Origin: an uncultured Nitrospiraceae bacterium
GTDB lineage: Bacteria; Nitrospirota; Nitrospiria; Nitrospirales; Nitrospiraceae
DNA: 64,000 nt
Direction: 5' to 3'
NCBI GenBank assembly: GCA_963706325.1
Contig: CAVPLT010000001.1
Span: 640,001 to 704,000 of the forward strand
Shown: positions 38,825 to 48,355 of the stretch, one piece after another
How positions within the stretch are numbered: the stretch's first letter is position 1
How the letters are laid out: each line of letters opens with the position of its first letter
The notes under the pieces: model-generated
Seen by the model: only the letters and a program-made list of their open reading frames with translations
What the model was told of the DNA's origin: nothing
The model's database searches: none
Translations under genes and position numbers: made by a program

Positions 38825-39835
38825 ATGGATTCTGCATTCACTCTCTCCATTGATTGGTTGGCCTTTACGGTCCTGGCCAGCAATCCTCAAGAGACGATGA
38901 ATATGCTTGGGGGAGAGTGGGGCAGGGCGAAAGGTGGCTTTCGAGGCTATCCCCTGTGCTGGATCAAATCGGACGGACTGCATGGTGTCGGAAAACTGGG
39001 GACCAATGCGCCACGTCGTCCGAATGAAATCCATGTCGATCTCTCCGGCGGCCTGGTATCCGCTCTGACGCTCGATGAAGTTCGTACATTACTCAAATGG
39101 GTCCATGCCCAGCAGGGGCATGTGACTCGAATTGATTGCGCGCTGGATGATCGAGGCGCGACTGTCCCTGTCGCAACGGTCCGAGAGGCTGTGTCAGCCG
39201 GTCAGTGTGTCACACGATCCACACAGGTCCGACATATTGCCTCCAACATGACCCACGGCACCGGCGCCAGTACTGGCGAGACCCTCTATTTCGGCAGTCC
39301 GCAAAGTCAGACCCTCCTTCGGATTTATGATAAACGCCTAGAGATGCAGAGCAAAGAGCGGGAGAACTGGCAGGACTATGGAGTTCGGTGGGAATTGGAA
39401 CTCAAGAAGGATCGAGCGGAACAGTGTGCCAGAGCCTTAGCCTCGTTGGATGAATCTGACTGGAAGGAATTTGTGGTCGGACTGCTCCGATCCTATGTGG
39501 ATTTCCGACAGATCACGAAAGAGACGGAAGACGAAGATCGTTACCGGGCTCCTATGTTGGAGTGGTACGCCCTCCTGACGGAGGGATTTCAGAAGGGCCG
39601 ATTAGCCCAGGAGAAGCAGGTGCAGACCCTGCAGAATGTGAAACGATGGGTGAGCCACGCCCTGACGCCATTGCTGGCGGTCATTTGTGCCACCCCTGGA
39701 GGGGAAGAATGGCTACAGCACGAAATTGTCAGGGGCATTGCCCGGTGGAAGGACCGACACCGGAATTTGCTCAAACAGCCACCCAATCGGTTTCACACTG
39801 GAGCTGCCGGCGGGAACGCGGGCAGCCCATGTTAG
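38825..39835 (+). CDS. Replication initiation factor, Rep_trans family (RstA/NicK/MOBT-like)
   Basis: IDWLAFT, HVDLSGG, VTRIDCALDD, GETLYFGS, LRIYDK (catalytic Tyr), RWELELK. Confidence 0.92.
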   Translation: MDSAFTLSIDWLAFTVLASNPQETMNMLGGEWGRAKGGFRGYPLCWIKSDGLHGVGKLGTNAPRRPNEIHVDLSGGLVSALTLDEVRTLLKWVHAQQGHVTRIDCALDDRGATVPVATVREAVSAGQCVTRSTQVRHIASNMTHGTGASTGETLYFGSPQSQTLLRIYDKRLEMQSKERENWQDYGVRWELELKKDRAEQCARALASLDESDWKEFVVGLLRSYVDFRQITKETEDEDRYRAPMLEWYALLTEGFQKGRLAQEKQVQTLQNVKRWVSHALTPLLAVICATPGGEEWLQHEIVRGIARWKDRHRNLLKQPPNRFHTGAAGGNAGSPC

Positions 39836-39877
39836 GGGGACTGGGGGTGTCGTCAGACTCCCCCGGTGATCTGCATC

Positions 39878-40192
39878 ATGCTTACAGTCAAAGAGCTTTC
39901 GGCTTGGCTCAACATCAAGTCGTCCACACTCTATCTCTGGGTCTCACAGAACAAGATTCCGTGCCGTCGCATTCATGGGCTCATCCGATTCGAACCTGAG
40001 GCCATACAAGCCTGGCTGAACACCTTCGGAAAGGCTTCAGGCAAGCCGCTCCTCTTCCACACTCGCCATGGCAGCCGTGACCTCGACCAGCTCATTGAAG
40101 CCGCCAAACGTGAGGTCTATACTCCCCGCCACGGGGAAACCAGACCAACAGCGAGCCCTCATGGAAAGGAGAGCAACGATGGGGCTCGTTAA
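39878..40192 (+). CDS. HTH excisionase-like DNA-binding protein
   Basis: MLTVKELSAWLNIKSSTLYLWVSQNKIPCRRIHGLIRF; overlaps the integrase start. Confidence 0.88.
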   Translation: MLTVKELSAWLNIKSSTLYLWVSQNKIPCRRIHGLIRFEPEAIQAWLNTFGKASGKPLLFHTRHGSRDLDQLIEAAKREVYTPRHGETRPTASPHGKESNDGAR

Positions 40193-41300
40193 GCGAGGGA
40201 ATGTGTGGTGGATGAATATTGTGTTTCAGGGACAACGAATTCGCCGGTCGACAGGAGCATCGAATCGAGCCTTGGCTGACGCCATCATGGCGAAAGTGAA
40301 GGTTCAATTGATCGAGGGGCAGTATTTTGATCGAGCGGAAGAGCAATTTCGAACCTTCCAAGAATTGATGGATCGCTTTGAGCGAGAGCACCTCGTGAAA
40401 TTGGCCAGCCGAGCAACAGGACAAGTCTTCGTCAAACGCTTCCGTGCCTTCTTCGGAGACCGGACGCTCGCGGAGATTACCCCCAAGCTAATCGTGGACT
40501 ATAAAAGTCGACGGTACGCCACTGGGGTGAAAGGCGCCTCGATCAATCGAGAGCTCACCTGTTTGAGAAAGGCCTTCAGCCTTGCGAAACGGGAATGGGA
40601 ATGGTGCCGAGACAATCCGATGAGTCGGGTCTCTCTCGAAAAGGGGGCGACTAAACGAGACCGATGGCTGATGGAAGACGAGGAAGCGCGATTGCTGGAT
40701 TCCTGTCCCTCGTGGTTACGTGAGCTCGTGGTGTTCGCGCTCCATAGTGGGATGCGGTTGGGCGAGATCCTGTCACTGACCTGGACCGGCGTGGATCTGT
40801 TCCGAAGAACCGTGACGGTGTTTGAATCGAAAAACGGGGAGCGACGGACGGTGCCACTGAATCACACCTTGATGGCGCTCCTGACGGGGAAGGCCAAAGT
40901 GCGCCATATCAAAACGGCATTGGTTTTTCCGAGTCGAGCTGGCACACGGTTAGATCCCAACCATCTGAGACGGGCGTTACGACCTGCCATGACAAAGGCG
41001 GACATCATGAACTGTCATTTCCATGATCTCCGGCACACCTTCGCTACGCGACTGGTCCAAGCGGGAGTCGATCTCTACAAGGTTCAACGGCTCCTCGGAC
41101 ACAAGTCTCCGATGATGACGCAACGCTATGCGCATCATTACCCGGAAAGCCTACGAGATGGAGTGGAGATCTTGGACCGACGCGGACACCGTGACACAAA
41201 AATGACCACAGTGGTGAGGGTGTTCGAGAGTGCTGTCTCGGAAGTTGTTGAAAAGATGGTGGGCGATACTGGTATCGAACCAGTGGCCTCTTCCGTGTGA
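40179..41300 (+). CDS. Tyrosine recombinase (phage-type integrase)
   Basis: N-terminal arm-binding beta domain (KRGNVWWM...RIRRSTG); SGMRLGE, SKNG, FHDLRHT, LLGH and TQRYAH catalytic residues intact. Confidence 0.95.
   Translation: MGLVKRGNVWWMNIVFQGQRIRRSTGASNRALADAIMAKVKVQLIEGQYFDRAEEQFRTFQELMDRFEREHLVKLASRATGQVFVKRFRAFFGDRTLAEITPKLIVDYKSRRYATGVKGASINRELTCLRKAFSLAKREWEWCRDNPMSRVSLEKGATKRDRWLMEDEEARLLDSCPSWLRELVVFALHSGMRLGEILSLTWTGVDLFRRTVTVFESKNGERRTVPLNHTLMALLTGKAKVRHIKTALVFPSRAGTRLDPNHLRRALRPAMTKADIMNCHFHDLRHTFATRLVQAGVDLYKVQRLLGHKSPMMTQRYAHHYPESLRDGVEILDRRGHRDTKMTTVVRVFESAVSEVVEKMVGDTGIEPVASSV
41192..41211. repeat. Putative integrase arm-type site
   Basis: TGACACAAAAATGACCACAG, 18/20 identical to 28915-28934. 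Confidence 0.7.
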
Positions 41301-41303
41301 AGG
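41255..41303. repeat. att site within the intact tRNA-Val
   Basis: Identical 49 bp to 28737-28785. Confidence 0.95.
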
Positions 41304-41331
41304 AAGCGCTCTCCCCCTGAGCTAATCGCCC
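41257..41331 (-). tRNA. tRNA-Val(CAC)
   Basis: GGGCGATTAGCTCAGGGGGAGAGCGCTTCC-TTCACAC-GGAAGAGGCCACTGGTTCGATACCAGTATCGCCCACCA. Confidence 0.95.
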
Positions 41332-41526
41332 ACGCGATGAGAGTCTAGCATGGTCGGACGAAACTGAGCAAGAAAGCTGGTGGTTAGAGTGCTGCTGTTT
41401 TTGTAGTCGATTTTTCGGGCGACCGCCATATTGAATCTTGGTGAGAATAGCTCGCCGTTTCTTGACATCGAGAAAAGACGATTCTTACAATGGCCTTCCT
41501 TCCATCTTCTCAAAGGTTTCCATTTC

Positions 41527-42843
41527 ATGCGTGAAGACATTGTGGTCATTGGGGGTGGTCTGGCCGGTTCAGAAGCGGCCTGGCAAGCGGCTAAGCATGG
41601 CGCCAAGGTGACGCTGTACGAAATGCGTCCAAAAGAAATGACCAAAGCGCATAAGACTGGAGATCTGGCCGAACTCGTCTGTTCGAATTCCCTCGGGTCA
41701 GCTGATCCGCTCAATGCGCCCGGTATTCTCAAGGCCGAGATGCGTCGCTTGAATTCGCTCGTCATTCGAGCGGCAGAGGAGGCACGGGTTCCGGCTGGCT
41801 CGGCATTGGCTGTGGATCGCGAGCAGTTCGCGCGTGTTATAACCCAGGCGCTGGATGGACATCCCAATATTCGAATCGTTCGCGACGAAGTGACGGAAGT
41901 GCCCCCTGATGCTGTCAGCATTATTGCGACCGGCCCACTGACCTCCGAAAGATTCTCGAAGGCTATCAGCGAATTGACTCACGCGCACCACCTGTATTTT
42001 TTTGATGCAATTTCACCCATCATCGATGCAGATTCCATCAACATGGAGGTGGTCTATCGAGCGTCCCGTTATGGCAAAGGCGGAGCGGACTATCTCAACT
42101 GCCCCATGGACGAAGCGGCTTACAATGCGTTGTATGAAGCGATGATGGCGGCGGAGAAGGTTCAGCCGAAAGAATTTGAGAAAGTCGCCTATTTCGAAAG
42201 CTGCATTCCGATCGAGGTGATGGCAGAGCGGGGTCGGCAGACCATGCAATTTGGGCCGCTGAAGCCTGTGGGGCTGGAGCATCCAACGACCGGTGTGCGT
42301 CCGTATGCTGTGGTTCAGCTCCGCACGGAGAATGCACACGGGACCTGCTATAACATGGTCGGCTTCCAGACCAAGCTCACCTATCCTGAGCAGCGTCGAG
42401 TCTTTCGATTGATTCCCGGGCTGGAGCAGGCCGAATTCTTACGGCTCGGCAGTCTACATCGCAACACCTTCATCAATTCGCCGCAATTGTTGCGAGATAC
42501 CCTCCAACTCAAGTCTCGTGGAACCGTCTTCTTTGCCGGCCAATTGGTTGGTGTCGAGGGTTATACGGAGTCTGCCGCGATGGGGGGACTTGCCGGGATC
42601 AATGCCGCGCGAGGCCTGGCCGGCCAAGCACTGGTCACCCCTCCGCCAACGAGCGCGCACGGCTGTCTGATGGGGCACATCACCAAGAGCGACCCCGCGC
42701 ATTTTCAGCCCATGAATACGAATTTCGGCCTGTTTCCTCCTGTCCCCGTCAAGACGCGCGACAAAGACCAGAAGCGGCGTCTCATCCAACAACGAGCGCT
42801 TGAGGATTTTGACGCATGGATCGCGCAATCCGGGCTTTCCTAG
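41527..42843 (+). CDS. trmFO: tRNA m5U54 methyltransferase (FAD/folate-dependent) TrmFO
   Basis: [46 protein letters not shown]. Confidence 0.97.
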   Translation: MREDIVVIGGGLAGSEAAWQAAKHGAKVTLYEMRPKEMTKAHKTGDLAELVCSNSLGSADPLNAPGILKAEMRRLNSLVIRAAEEARVPAGSALAVDREQFARVITQALDGHPNIRIVRDEVTEVPPDAVSIIATGPLTSERFSKAISELTHAHHLYFFDAISPIIDADSINMEVVYRASRYGKGGADYLNCPMDEAAYNALYEAMMAAEKVQPKEFEKVAYFESCIPIEVMAERGRQTMQFGPLKPVGLEHPTTGVRPYAVVQLRTENAHGTCYNMVGFQTKLTYPEQRRVFRLIPGLEQAEFLRLGSLHRNTFINSPQLLRDTLQLKSRGTVFFAGQLVGVEGYTESAAMGGLAGINAARGLAGQALVTPPPTSAHGCLMGHITKSDPAHFQPMNTNFGLFPPVPVKTRDKDQKRRLIQQRALEDFDAWIAQSGLS

Positions 42844-43772
42844 CCGCCTTAACCGTCCAACAGGGCGCCTCTCCCCAAACGATTCGTGCCTATGCATCCG
42901 ACTTGGCGCAGTTCCAGGTCTTTGCGCAGGACGCAAGTAACCGGCGCAGACCAGTGAATCCCAAATCGATAGAGCCGGCCTTGATACGCGATTTTCTCGC
43001 TGCGCGTGATCGCATGGGAGAAAAGAAATCTTCCCTGGCGAGGAAGCTGGCCTGTCTCCGCAGTGTATTTCGTTATCTGGTACGTGTTGGCCAGTTGAAG
43101 GTAAACCCGGCGGAGGACGTGCGGGTGCCAAAACTTCCCAAACATCTCCCTCGCGTTCTCACCAAGGACGATGCCGGCGCGTTGATGGAATTCCCCGGCG
43201 ATCAGAAACGGGACGCCTTGCGTGACCGCGCCATACTGGAAACGCTATATTCGACTGGAACTCGGGTCAGTGAGCTAGTCGGCATGAACTGGGATGATAT
43301 CAGCCGGAGCGAAGGATTAGTGCGAGTCCGTGGGAAAGGGGGGAAAGAGCGCATCATTCCTCTGAGTAGCATAGCGCTGGAGGCGATCGCTGCCTACCAT
43401 GCTCAGGTGCCGACGACGACGGGTGGGTCGTCGCGACTATCGTCAGAGGCGGTGCCCGTGTTCCGCAACAGCCGTGGAGGTCGATTGACCACGAGGACCA
43501 TTGCCCGCATCGTGGCCAAATATTCGCGTCAGCTCACCGGAGGAACGATTAACCCGCATACTTTGCGGCATTCGTTCGCCACGCATCTCCTGGACGAAGG
43601 GGCTGATTTGCGCGCCATTCAGGAAATGTTGGGGCATGTCTCGTTGAGCACCACGCAAAAGTACACACATTTGGCGACGGATCAATTACTCTCAGTGTAC
43701 GATCGCGCCCATCCGCGCGCCGTGAGTCCAACGGAAACCCCTGAGGTTATGAAGCAGAAGGGCTCGCGATGA
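42816..43772 (+). CDS. xerC: Tyrosine recombinase XerC
   Basis: [45 protein letters not shown]; trmFO-xerC-hslVU context. Confidence 0.92.
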   Translation: MDRAIRAFLAALTVQQGASPQTIRAYASDLAQFQVFAQDASNRRRPVNPKSIEPALIRDFLAARDRMGEKKSSLARKLACLRSVFRYLVRVGQLKVNPAEDVRVPKLPKHLPRVLTKDDAGALMEFPGDQKRDALRDRAILETLYSTGTRVSELVGMNWDDISRSEGLVRVRGKGGKERIIPLSSIALEAIAAYHAQVPTTTGGSSRLSSEAVPVFRNSRGGRLTTRTIARIVAKYSRQLTGGTINPHTLRHSFATHLLDEGADLRAIQEMLGHVSLSTTQKYTHLATDQLLSVYDRAHPRAVSPTETPEVMKQKGSR

Positions 43773-44305
43773 TTATTCGATCCACAACTGTGCTCTGCGT
43801 GAGGCGAGGCAGCCAGGTCACGATGGGGTGCGACGGACAGGTCACGGTCGGTACGACGGTGATGAAACACAACGCCAGGAAAATGCGGCGCATGCATGGC
43901 GATGCAGTCTTGGCAGGTTTTGCCGGCGCGACAGCCGATGCCTTCACGCTCTTTGAAAAGTTCGAGGCTAAATTAGCGGAGTATCGCGGGAATCTCACCA
44001 GGGCCGCTGTAGAACTGGCGAAAGACTGGCGGACTGATCGCGTCTTGAGGCGCCTTGAGGCATTGCTGGCGGTGGCCGATCTCACTCACTCGTTCATCAT
44101 TTCAGGAACTGGCGATGTGGTTGAGCCGGAAGACGGTATTCTGGCGATTGGGTCGGGCGGCCCCTATGCGTTAGCCGCCGCCCGCGCATTGTTGGCGCAT
44201 TCCGAATTGGGGGCGGAGCAGATCGTTCGCGAATCACTGATGATTGCGGGTGGGATCGACATTTATACGAATCAACAGATTGTGATCGAATCGCTCTCCC
44301 ATTAG
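43769..44305 (+). CDS. hslV: ATP-dependent protease subunit HslV
   Basis: STTVL N-terminal Thr, [31 protein letters not shown]. Confidence 0.97.
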   Translation: MIIRSTTVLCVRRGSQVTMGCDGQVTVGTTVMKHNARKMRRMHGDAVLAGFAGATADAFTLFEKFEAKLAEYRGNLTRAAVELAKDWRTDRVLRRLEALLAVADLTHSFIISGTGDVVEPEDGILAIGSGGPYALAAARALLAHSELGAEQIVRESLMIAGGIDIYTNQQIVIESLSH

Positions 44306-44317
44306 GATTGACTGACC

Positions 44318-45721
44318 ATGACCGCTGAATCCATGTCTCACCCTGTGAATGTGAATAGTCTCACCCCCCGACAGATCGTCGAGGCATTGGATCGATATGT
44401 AATCGGGCAACACGATGCCAAGCGCATGGTAGCCATTGCACTTCGAAATCGCTGGCGTCGACAACAGTTGTCCCCCGAACTGCGTGACGAAGTCATGCCG
44501 AAGAATATCATCATGATCGGGCCGACCGGCGTGGGGAAAACCGAAATAGCCAGACGTTTGGCGAAACTTGCTGAAGCGCCGTTCATCAAAGTGGAGGCGT
44601 CAAAGTTTACGGAAGTCGGGTATGTCGGGCGGGATGTCGAGTCCATCATTCGGGATCTCACTGAGCTGGCGATCAATTTGGTAAAGACGAAACATCTGGA
44701 AGATGTCCAAGAGAAAGCCTCACGGCTTGGGGAAGAGCGCATGCTCGATCTTCTACTGCCCGGCGCTCCGTCTCGACCTACTCTCCCCGGGTTCGATCAC
44801 TCGAGCCAACGAGCGGAACAGTCGGAGGCGCCGGAATCGCTGGACGCGACCCGATCGAAACTTCGGCTACAGTTGCGCGAAGGAAAGCTGGATCAGCGAT
44901 CGGTCGAGGTAGAGGTGAAGGAGCGGACGTTGCCTCTCGGCGTCATTTCCAATGCGGGCGGCATGGAGGACCTTGAAGGGAATCTACGCGACATGCTGGG
45001 AGGCATGTTCCAAGGGAAGAAAAAGAAACGAGCGATGAAAGTGCCGGATGCGCTGAAGCATCTGACGCAGGAAGAAGCGCAAAAACTTATCGATATGGAT
45101 GAGGTGGTCCGGGAAGCCATTGCGAAAGTTGAACAGACCGGAATCGTCTTTCTGGACGAGATCGACAAAATCGCCGGCCGTGAGCGCACGATGGGGCCGG
45201 ATGTATCACGTGAAGGAGTACAGCGGGATCTGTTGCCGATTGTGGAAGGCTCCACCGTGAGTACCAAGCATGGCGCCGTCCAGACGGACCATATCCTGTT
45301 CATTGCCGCCGGTGCGTTTCATATCGCCAAACCTTCCGATTTAATCCCTGAGCTGCAGGGTCGGTTTCCCATTCGCGTCGAGCTGGCGCCCCTGTCTCAA
45401 GAGGACTTCGTACGGATTTTGACTGAGCCTCAAGGCGCGCTGGTCAGTCAGTATCAAGCATTGATGGCGACGGAAGGTCTCACGGTTGCGTTTACAGAAG
45501 ACGGACTGGCGGAGATCGCGGCGACGGCCGTCCAGGTCAACGAGCGCACGGAAAACATCGGTGCGCGCCGTCTGTTTACGATTATGGAACGGTTGCTCGA
45601 ACAGGTGTCGTTCGAGGGAGCTGAGATGGAACCGAAGCACATTGTCGTGGATGCCGGCTACGTACGGGAGCGTCTGCAGAACATTGTGAAGGATCAGGAT
45701 CTGAGCCGGTATATCCTGTAG
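44318..45721 (+). CDS. hslU: ATP-dependent protease ATPase subunit HslU
   Basis: [34 protein letters not shown]-terminus. Confidence 0.97.
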   Translation: MTAESMSHPVNVNSLTPRQIVEALDRYVIGQHDAKRMVAIALRNRWRRQQLSPELRDEVMPKNIIMIGPTGVGKTEIARRLAKLAEAPFIKVEASKFTEVGYVGRDVESIIRDLTELAINLVKTKHLEDVQEKASRLGEERMLDLLLPGAPSRPTLPGFDHSSQRAEQSEAPESLDATRSKLRLQLREGKLDQRSVEVEVKERTLPLGVISNAGGMEDLEGNLRDMLGGMFQGKKKKRAMKVPDALKHLTQEEAQKLIDMDEVVREAIAKVEQTGIVFLDEIDKIAGRERTMGPDVSREGVQRDLLPIVEGSTVSTKHGAVQTDHILFIAAGAFHIAKPSDLIPELQGRFPIRVELAPLSQEDFVRILTEPQGALVSQYQALMATEGLTVAFTEDGLAEIAATAVQVNERTENIGARRLFTIMERLLEQVSFEGAEMEPKHIVVDAGYVRERLQNIVKDQDLSRYIL

Positions 45722-45747
45722 GCCGCAGCGAGAGCGAGGAACGAAGC

Positions 45748-46644
45748 ATGAACAAACTGATTAAGAAAGCGGACGTGCTGATTGAGGCGCTGCCCTACAT
45801 TCGTACCTTTAAGGGCAAGACCGTCGTGATCAAGTACGGCGGGCACGCCATGACGGACGCCTCGCTCAAGGAGCGTTTTGCGCAAAATGTCGTGTTATTG
45901 AAATACGTCGGATTGAATCCGGTCATCGTGCATGGCGGCGGTCCTCAGATCGACCAGATGCTGGACCGGCTCGGTATGGAGGCAAAGTTCCGCCATGGGG
46001 TGCGGGTGACCGATGCCGCCACGATGGAAATCGTCGAGATGGTGCTGGCCGGCCGGATCAACATGGAAATTGTCGATCTGTTGAATCGGCATGGCGGGCA
46101 GGCGGTCGGGCTCAGCGGCAAAGATGGCGGGCTGATGTTGACCAAGCCGTTGACGGCGAGGGCCTGGGCGGAGAGCATCGAGAAGGATCTCGAGGCAGGC
46201 GAGTCGGACGCGGATTTCGGATTTGTCGGTGACGTAAAGTCGATTGATCCCACGCTCCTCTTGAAGCTGCAAGAAGACAACTATATCCCCGTCATCGCGC
46301 CGATTGGAACCGACCGAGAGGGCAATACGTATAACATCAATGCGGATCTCGTGGCAGGCGCAATTGCGGCGGCATTGAAGGCCGAGAAACTTGTGATGCT
46401 GACCGACGTGAAGGGCATCCGCGATGCCAATGGCCGACACCTGTCGACGGTGTCGCGCAAGGATGTGCAACGGATGGTCAAACGCGGGACCATCAGCGAA
46501 GGGATGCTGCCGAAGGTGCATGCCTGCCTGGATGCCCTGGCCGATGGTGTGGGCAAAGCGCATATTGTCGATGGCCGCGTGCCCCATGCCATTCTGCTTG
46601 AAATCTTCACGCACAAGGGCATCGGCACCGAGATCGTGGCGTAA
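45748..46644 (+). CDS. argB: Acetylglutamate kinase
   Basis: VIKYGGHAM, VHGGGPQI, NINAD, GMLPKV, GIGTEI. Confidence 0.96.
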   Translation: MNKLIKKADVLIEALPYIRTFKGKTVVIKYGGHAMTDASLKERFAQNVVLLKYVGLNPVIVHGGGPQIDQMLDRLGMEAKFRHGVRVTDAATMEIVEMVLAGRINMEIVDLLNRHGGQAVGLSGKDGGLMLTKPLTARAWAESIEKDLEAGESDADFGFVGDVKSIDPTLLLKLQEDNYIPVIAPIGTDREGNTYNINADLVAGAIAAALKAEKLVMLTDVKGIRDANGRHLSTVSRKDVQRMVKRGTISEGMLPKVHACLDALADGVGKAHIVDGRVPHAILLEIFTHKGIGTEIVA

Positions 46645-46984
46645 CCTATAATCCTACGGCTGTTCTGGTCCAGGGTTGTGGTTGGGGCCGATCGGGAGGT
46701 GGCTGCACCGACGAAGTTGTCTTCAGATTCTTCTTCCTTTACTCGCCATTGATTGGGCTCAGCGCAATAGGGTTCCCAGGATCGTCAGGAGACAATGCCG
46801 AGGCTGGCGTTTAGAACGCACTGCTTGAAGCGGTTCGGTTCCTCAGGAGATTCTCGTTCCCCAACCACTTGTAAAAATGTTTCACATGCACAGGTCTCGA
46901 TGCGCTCGATACCTTGGGCCTAAAGTTTATAGGTCGACTTGCTCACGGGTTTGGTGAGGTCGGCCAAATAGTCTGCGGAGATGG

Positions 46985-47689
46985 GTGATGATGCCAAGTA
47001 GAAAAATAATGGTTCGAGCTGCTACGCGGAGGGTGATCAAAGAGATCTTCGCGCGTCTCGATTATGGACGGCTGGGTTCGATCTATTGCGACGAAGGCGG
47101 TGATAAGTTTTGGAAGGCAAAACGGGGTGTTTGCCAGAGGCTGGGCATGAAGCTCGCGAATGCGCTTCTGCCGCGATTGACTATAGGGGGAGCCAGTCTC
47201 TACGTAGGCGCCGGTGTCGCGGAGATTCCGCTCGTAGCCATGGAATGCTTCGATCTCAGACGGCGCGTCGTGGCTTGTAATCTGCGAAAGAAGGAAGTGT
47301 TGATCCTGAATCGTGCCTGTGCGAGACTCCCGATACGGTATCAGCATCGAGACGCCGGGTCAGTCAAAGAAAGGATCGATCATCTGTGGCTGGTCAGTGT
47401 CTTGAACGATCCGGAGCGGTTTCCCGAACTCTCATCCCTGTCATACGGTCGTGCCAACCCAGTCACCTTCAACGCGCGTAAATTCTTGCCGCAACAACGG
47501 ACAGTCGCCACCCTCGTCGATCGCTGTCTCAGCCGATTGGCGTCGCCAGGATTGGTGACGACGACGGTTGAAGAAGTAGTGTGGGTGGCGGAATGGTGCC
47601 ATCAAGAGGGAATCCGCTACCGCATCGACCGGCAGACGTTCGCGTCGCCTACCGTCGGCGATCCTATTTGTCTGGTACGGATCGGATGA
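46985..47689 (+). CDS. Hypothetical protein, possible SAM-binding Rossmann-like fold
   Basis: SLYVGAGVAE glycine motif; start uncertain. Confidence 0.6.
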   Translation: MMMPSRKIMVRAATRRVIKEIFARLDYGRLGSIYCDEGGDKFWKAKRGVCQRLGMKLANALLPRLTIGGASLYVGAGVAEIPLVAMECFDLRRRVVACNLRKKEVLILNRACARLPIRYQHRDAGSVKERIDHLWLVSVLNDPERFPELSSLSYGRANPVTFNARKFLPQQRTVATLVDRCLSRLASPGLVTTTVEEVVWVAEWCHQEGIRYRIDRQTFASPTVGDPICLVRIG

Positions 47690-47732
47690 AGGGCCGCTCA
47701 GGTGGTGGCCGATACTCATGGCGCTCGTGAAG

Positions 47733-48272
47733 TTAGACCCAGAATCCAGGGCGAGTCTTATCAGGTCCGAAGAGATACTGGCGGGAATACCGGACATAGT
47801 TCTGTGCCGATTCTCGGATCCAAGCGAGTTCTTGCTCCGTCACGGGGCGTTTGACCTTGGCCGGTGATCCTAAGATAAGACTCTTGGGCGGGACGATGGT
47901 GCCTTCTGTAATTAACGCGCCGGCGCCGACCACGGAATCCTCACCGATGACCGCGCCGTCCATGATGATGGATCCCATGCCGACCAACACACGATTTTGA
48001 ATCGTACAGCCATGCAGCACCACGTTATGGCCGATGGTCACGTCGTCGCCGATGCTGAGCGGATGGGTATCGTGCGTGACATGCAGCGTGCAAAGATCCT
48101 GCACGTTCGTCCGATGGCCGATCCGGATATGATTCACATCTCCCCGAATAACCGCGTGGAACCAGGCGCTGCAGTCCTCACCCATGACCACATCCCCGAT
48201 AATGACGGCCGTCTCTTCGATAAAACAGGAGTCCGGTACAGTGGGCTTGATTCCTTGAAACGTTCTGAGCAT
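47733..48272 (-). CDS. Gamma-class carbonic anhydrase family protein (YrdA-like)
   Basis: Hexapeptide repeats, IRGDVN, NVQD, LH, IGHNVVLHGC. Confidence 0.93.
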   Translation of the reverse strand: MLRTFQGIKPTVPDSCFIEETAVIIGDVVMGEDCSAWFHAVIRGDVNHIRIGHRTNVQDLCTLHVTHDTHPLSIGDDVTIGHNVVLHGCTIQNRVLVGMGSIIMDGAVIGEDSVVGAGALITEGTIVPPKSLILGSPAKVKRPVTEQELAWIRESAQNYVRYSRQYLFGPDKTRPGFWV

Positions 48273-48355
48273 GGTCTCAATCTAGGATAGCTGCGGACGG
48301 AATAGCAAGATGGCCGTTTGACAGGCTTTTCAAGCCTCTCGTACACTCTGAGGTT

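Larger units (their letters stand above)
28737..41303. mobile_element. ~12.5 kb integrative element (Rep_trans-Xis-Int) inserted in the 3' end of tRNA-Val(CAC)
   Basis: 49-bp perfect direct repeats at both ends, integrase abutting the tRNA, rolling-circle-type initiator, AT-richer intergenic cargo. Confidence 0.93.

Noticed and set aside
28737..41303. Island as a prophage or inovirus
   Set aside because: No recognisable capsid, terminase, tail, Zot/pI ATPase or run of small TM coat genes
42816..43772. xerC as the island recombinase
   Set aside because: Lies outside the att repeats in the usual trmFO-xerC-hslVU housekeeping context
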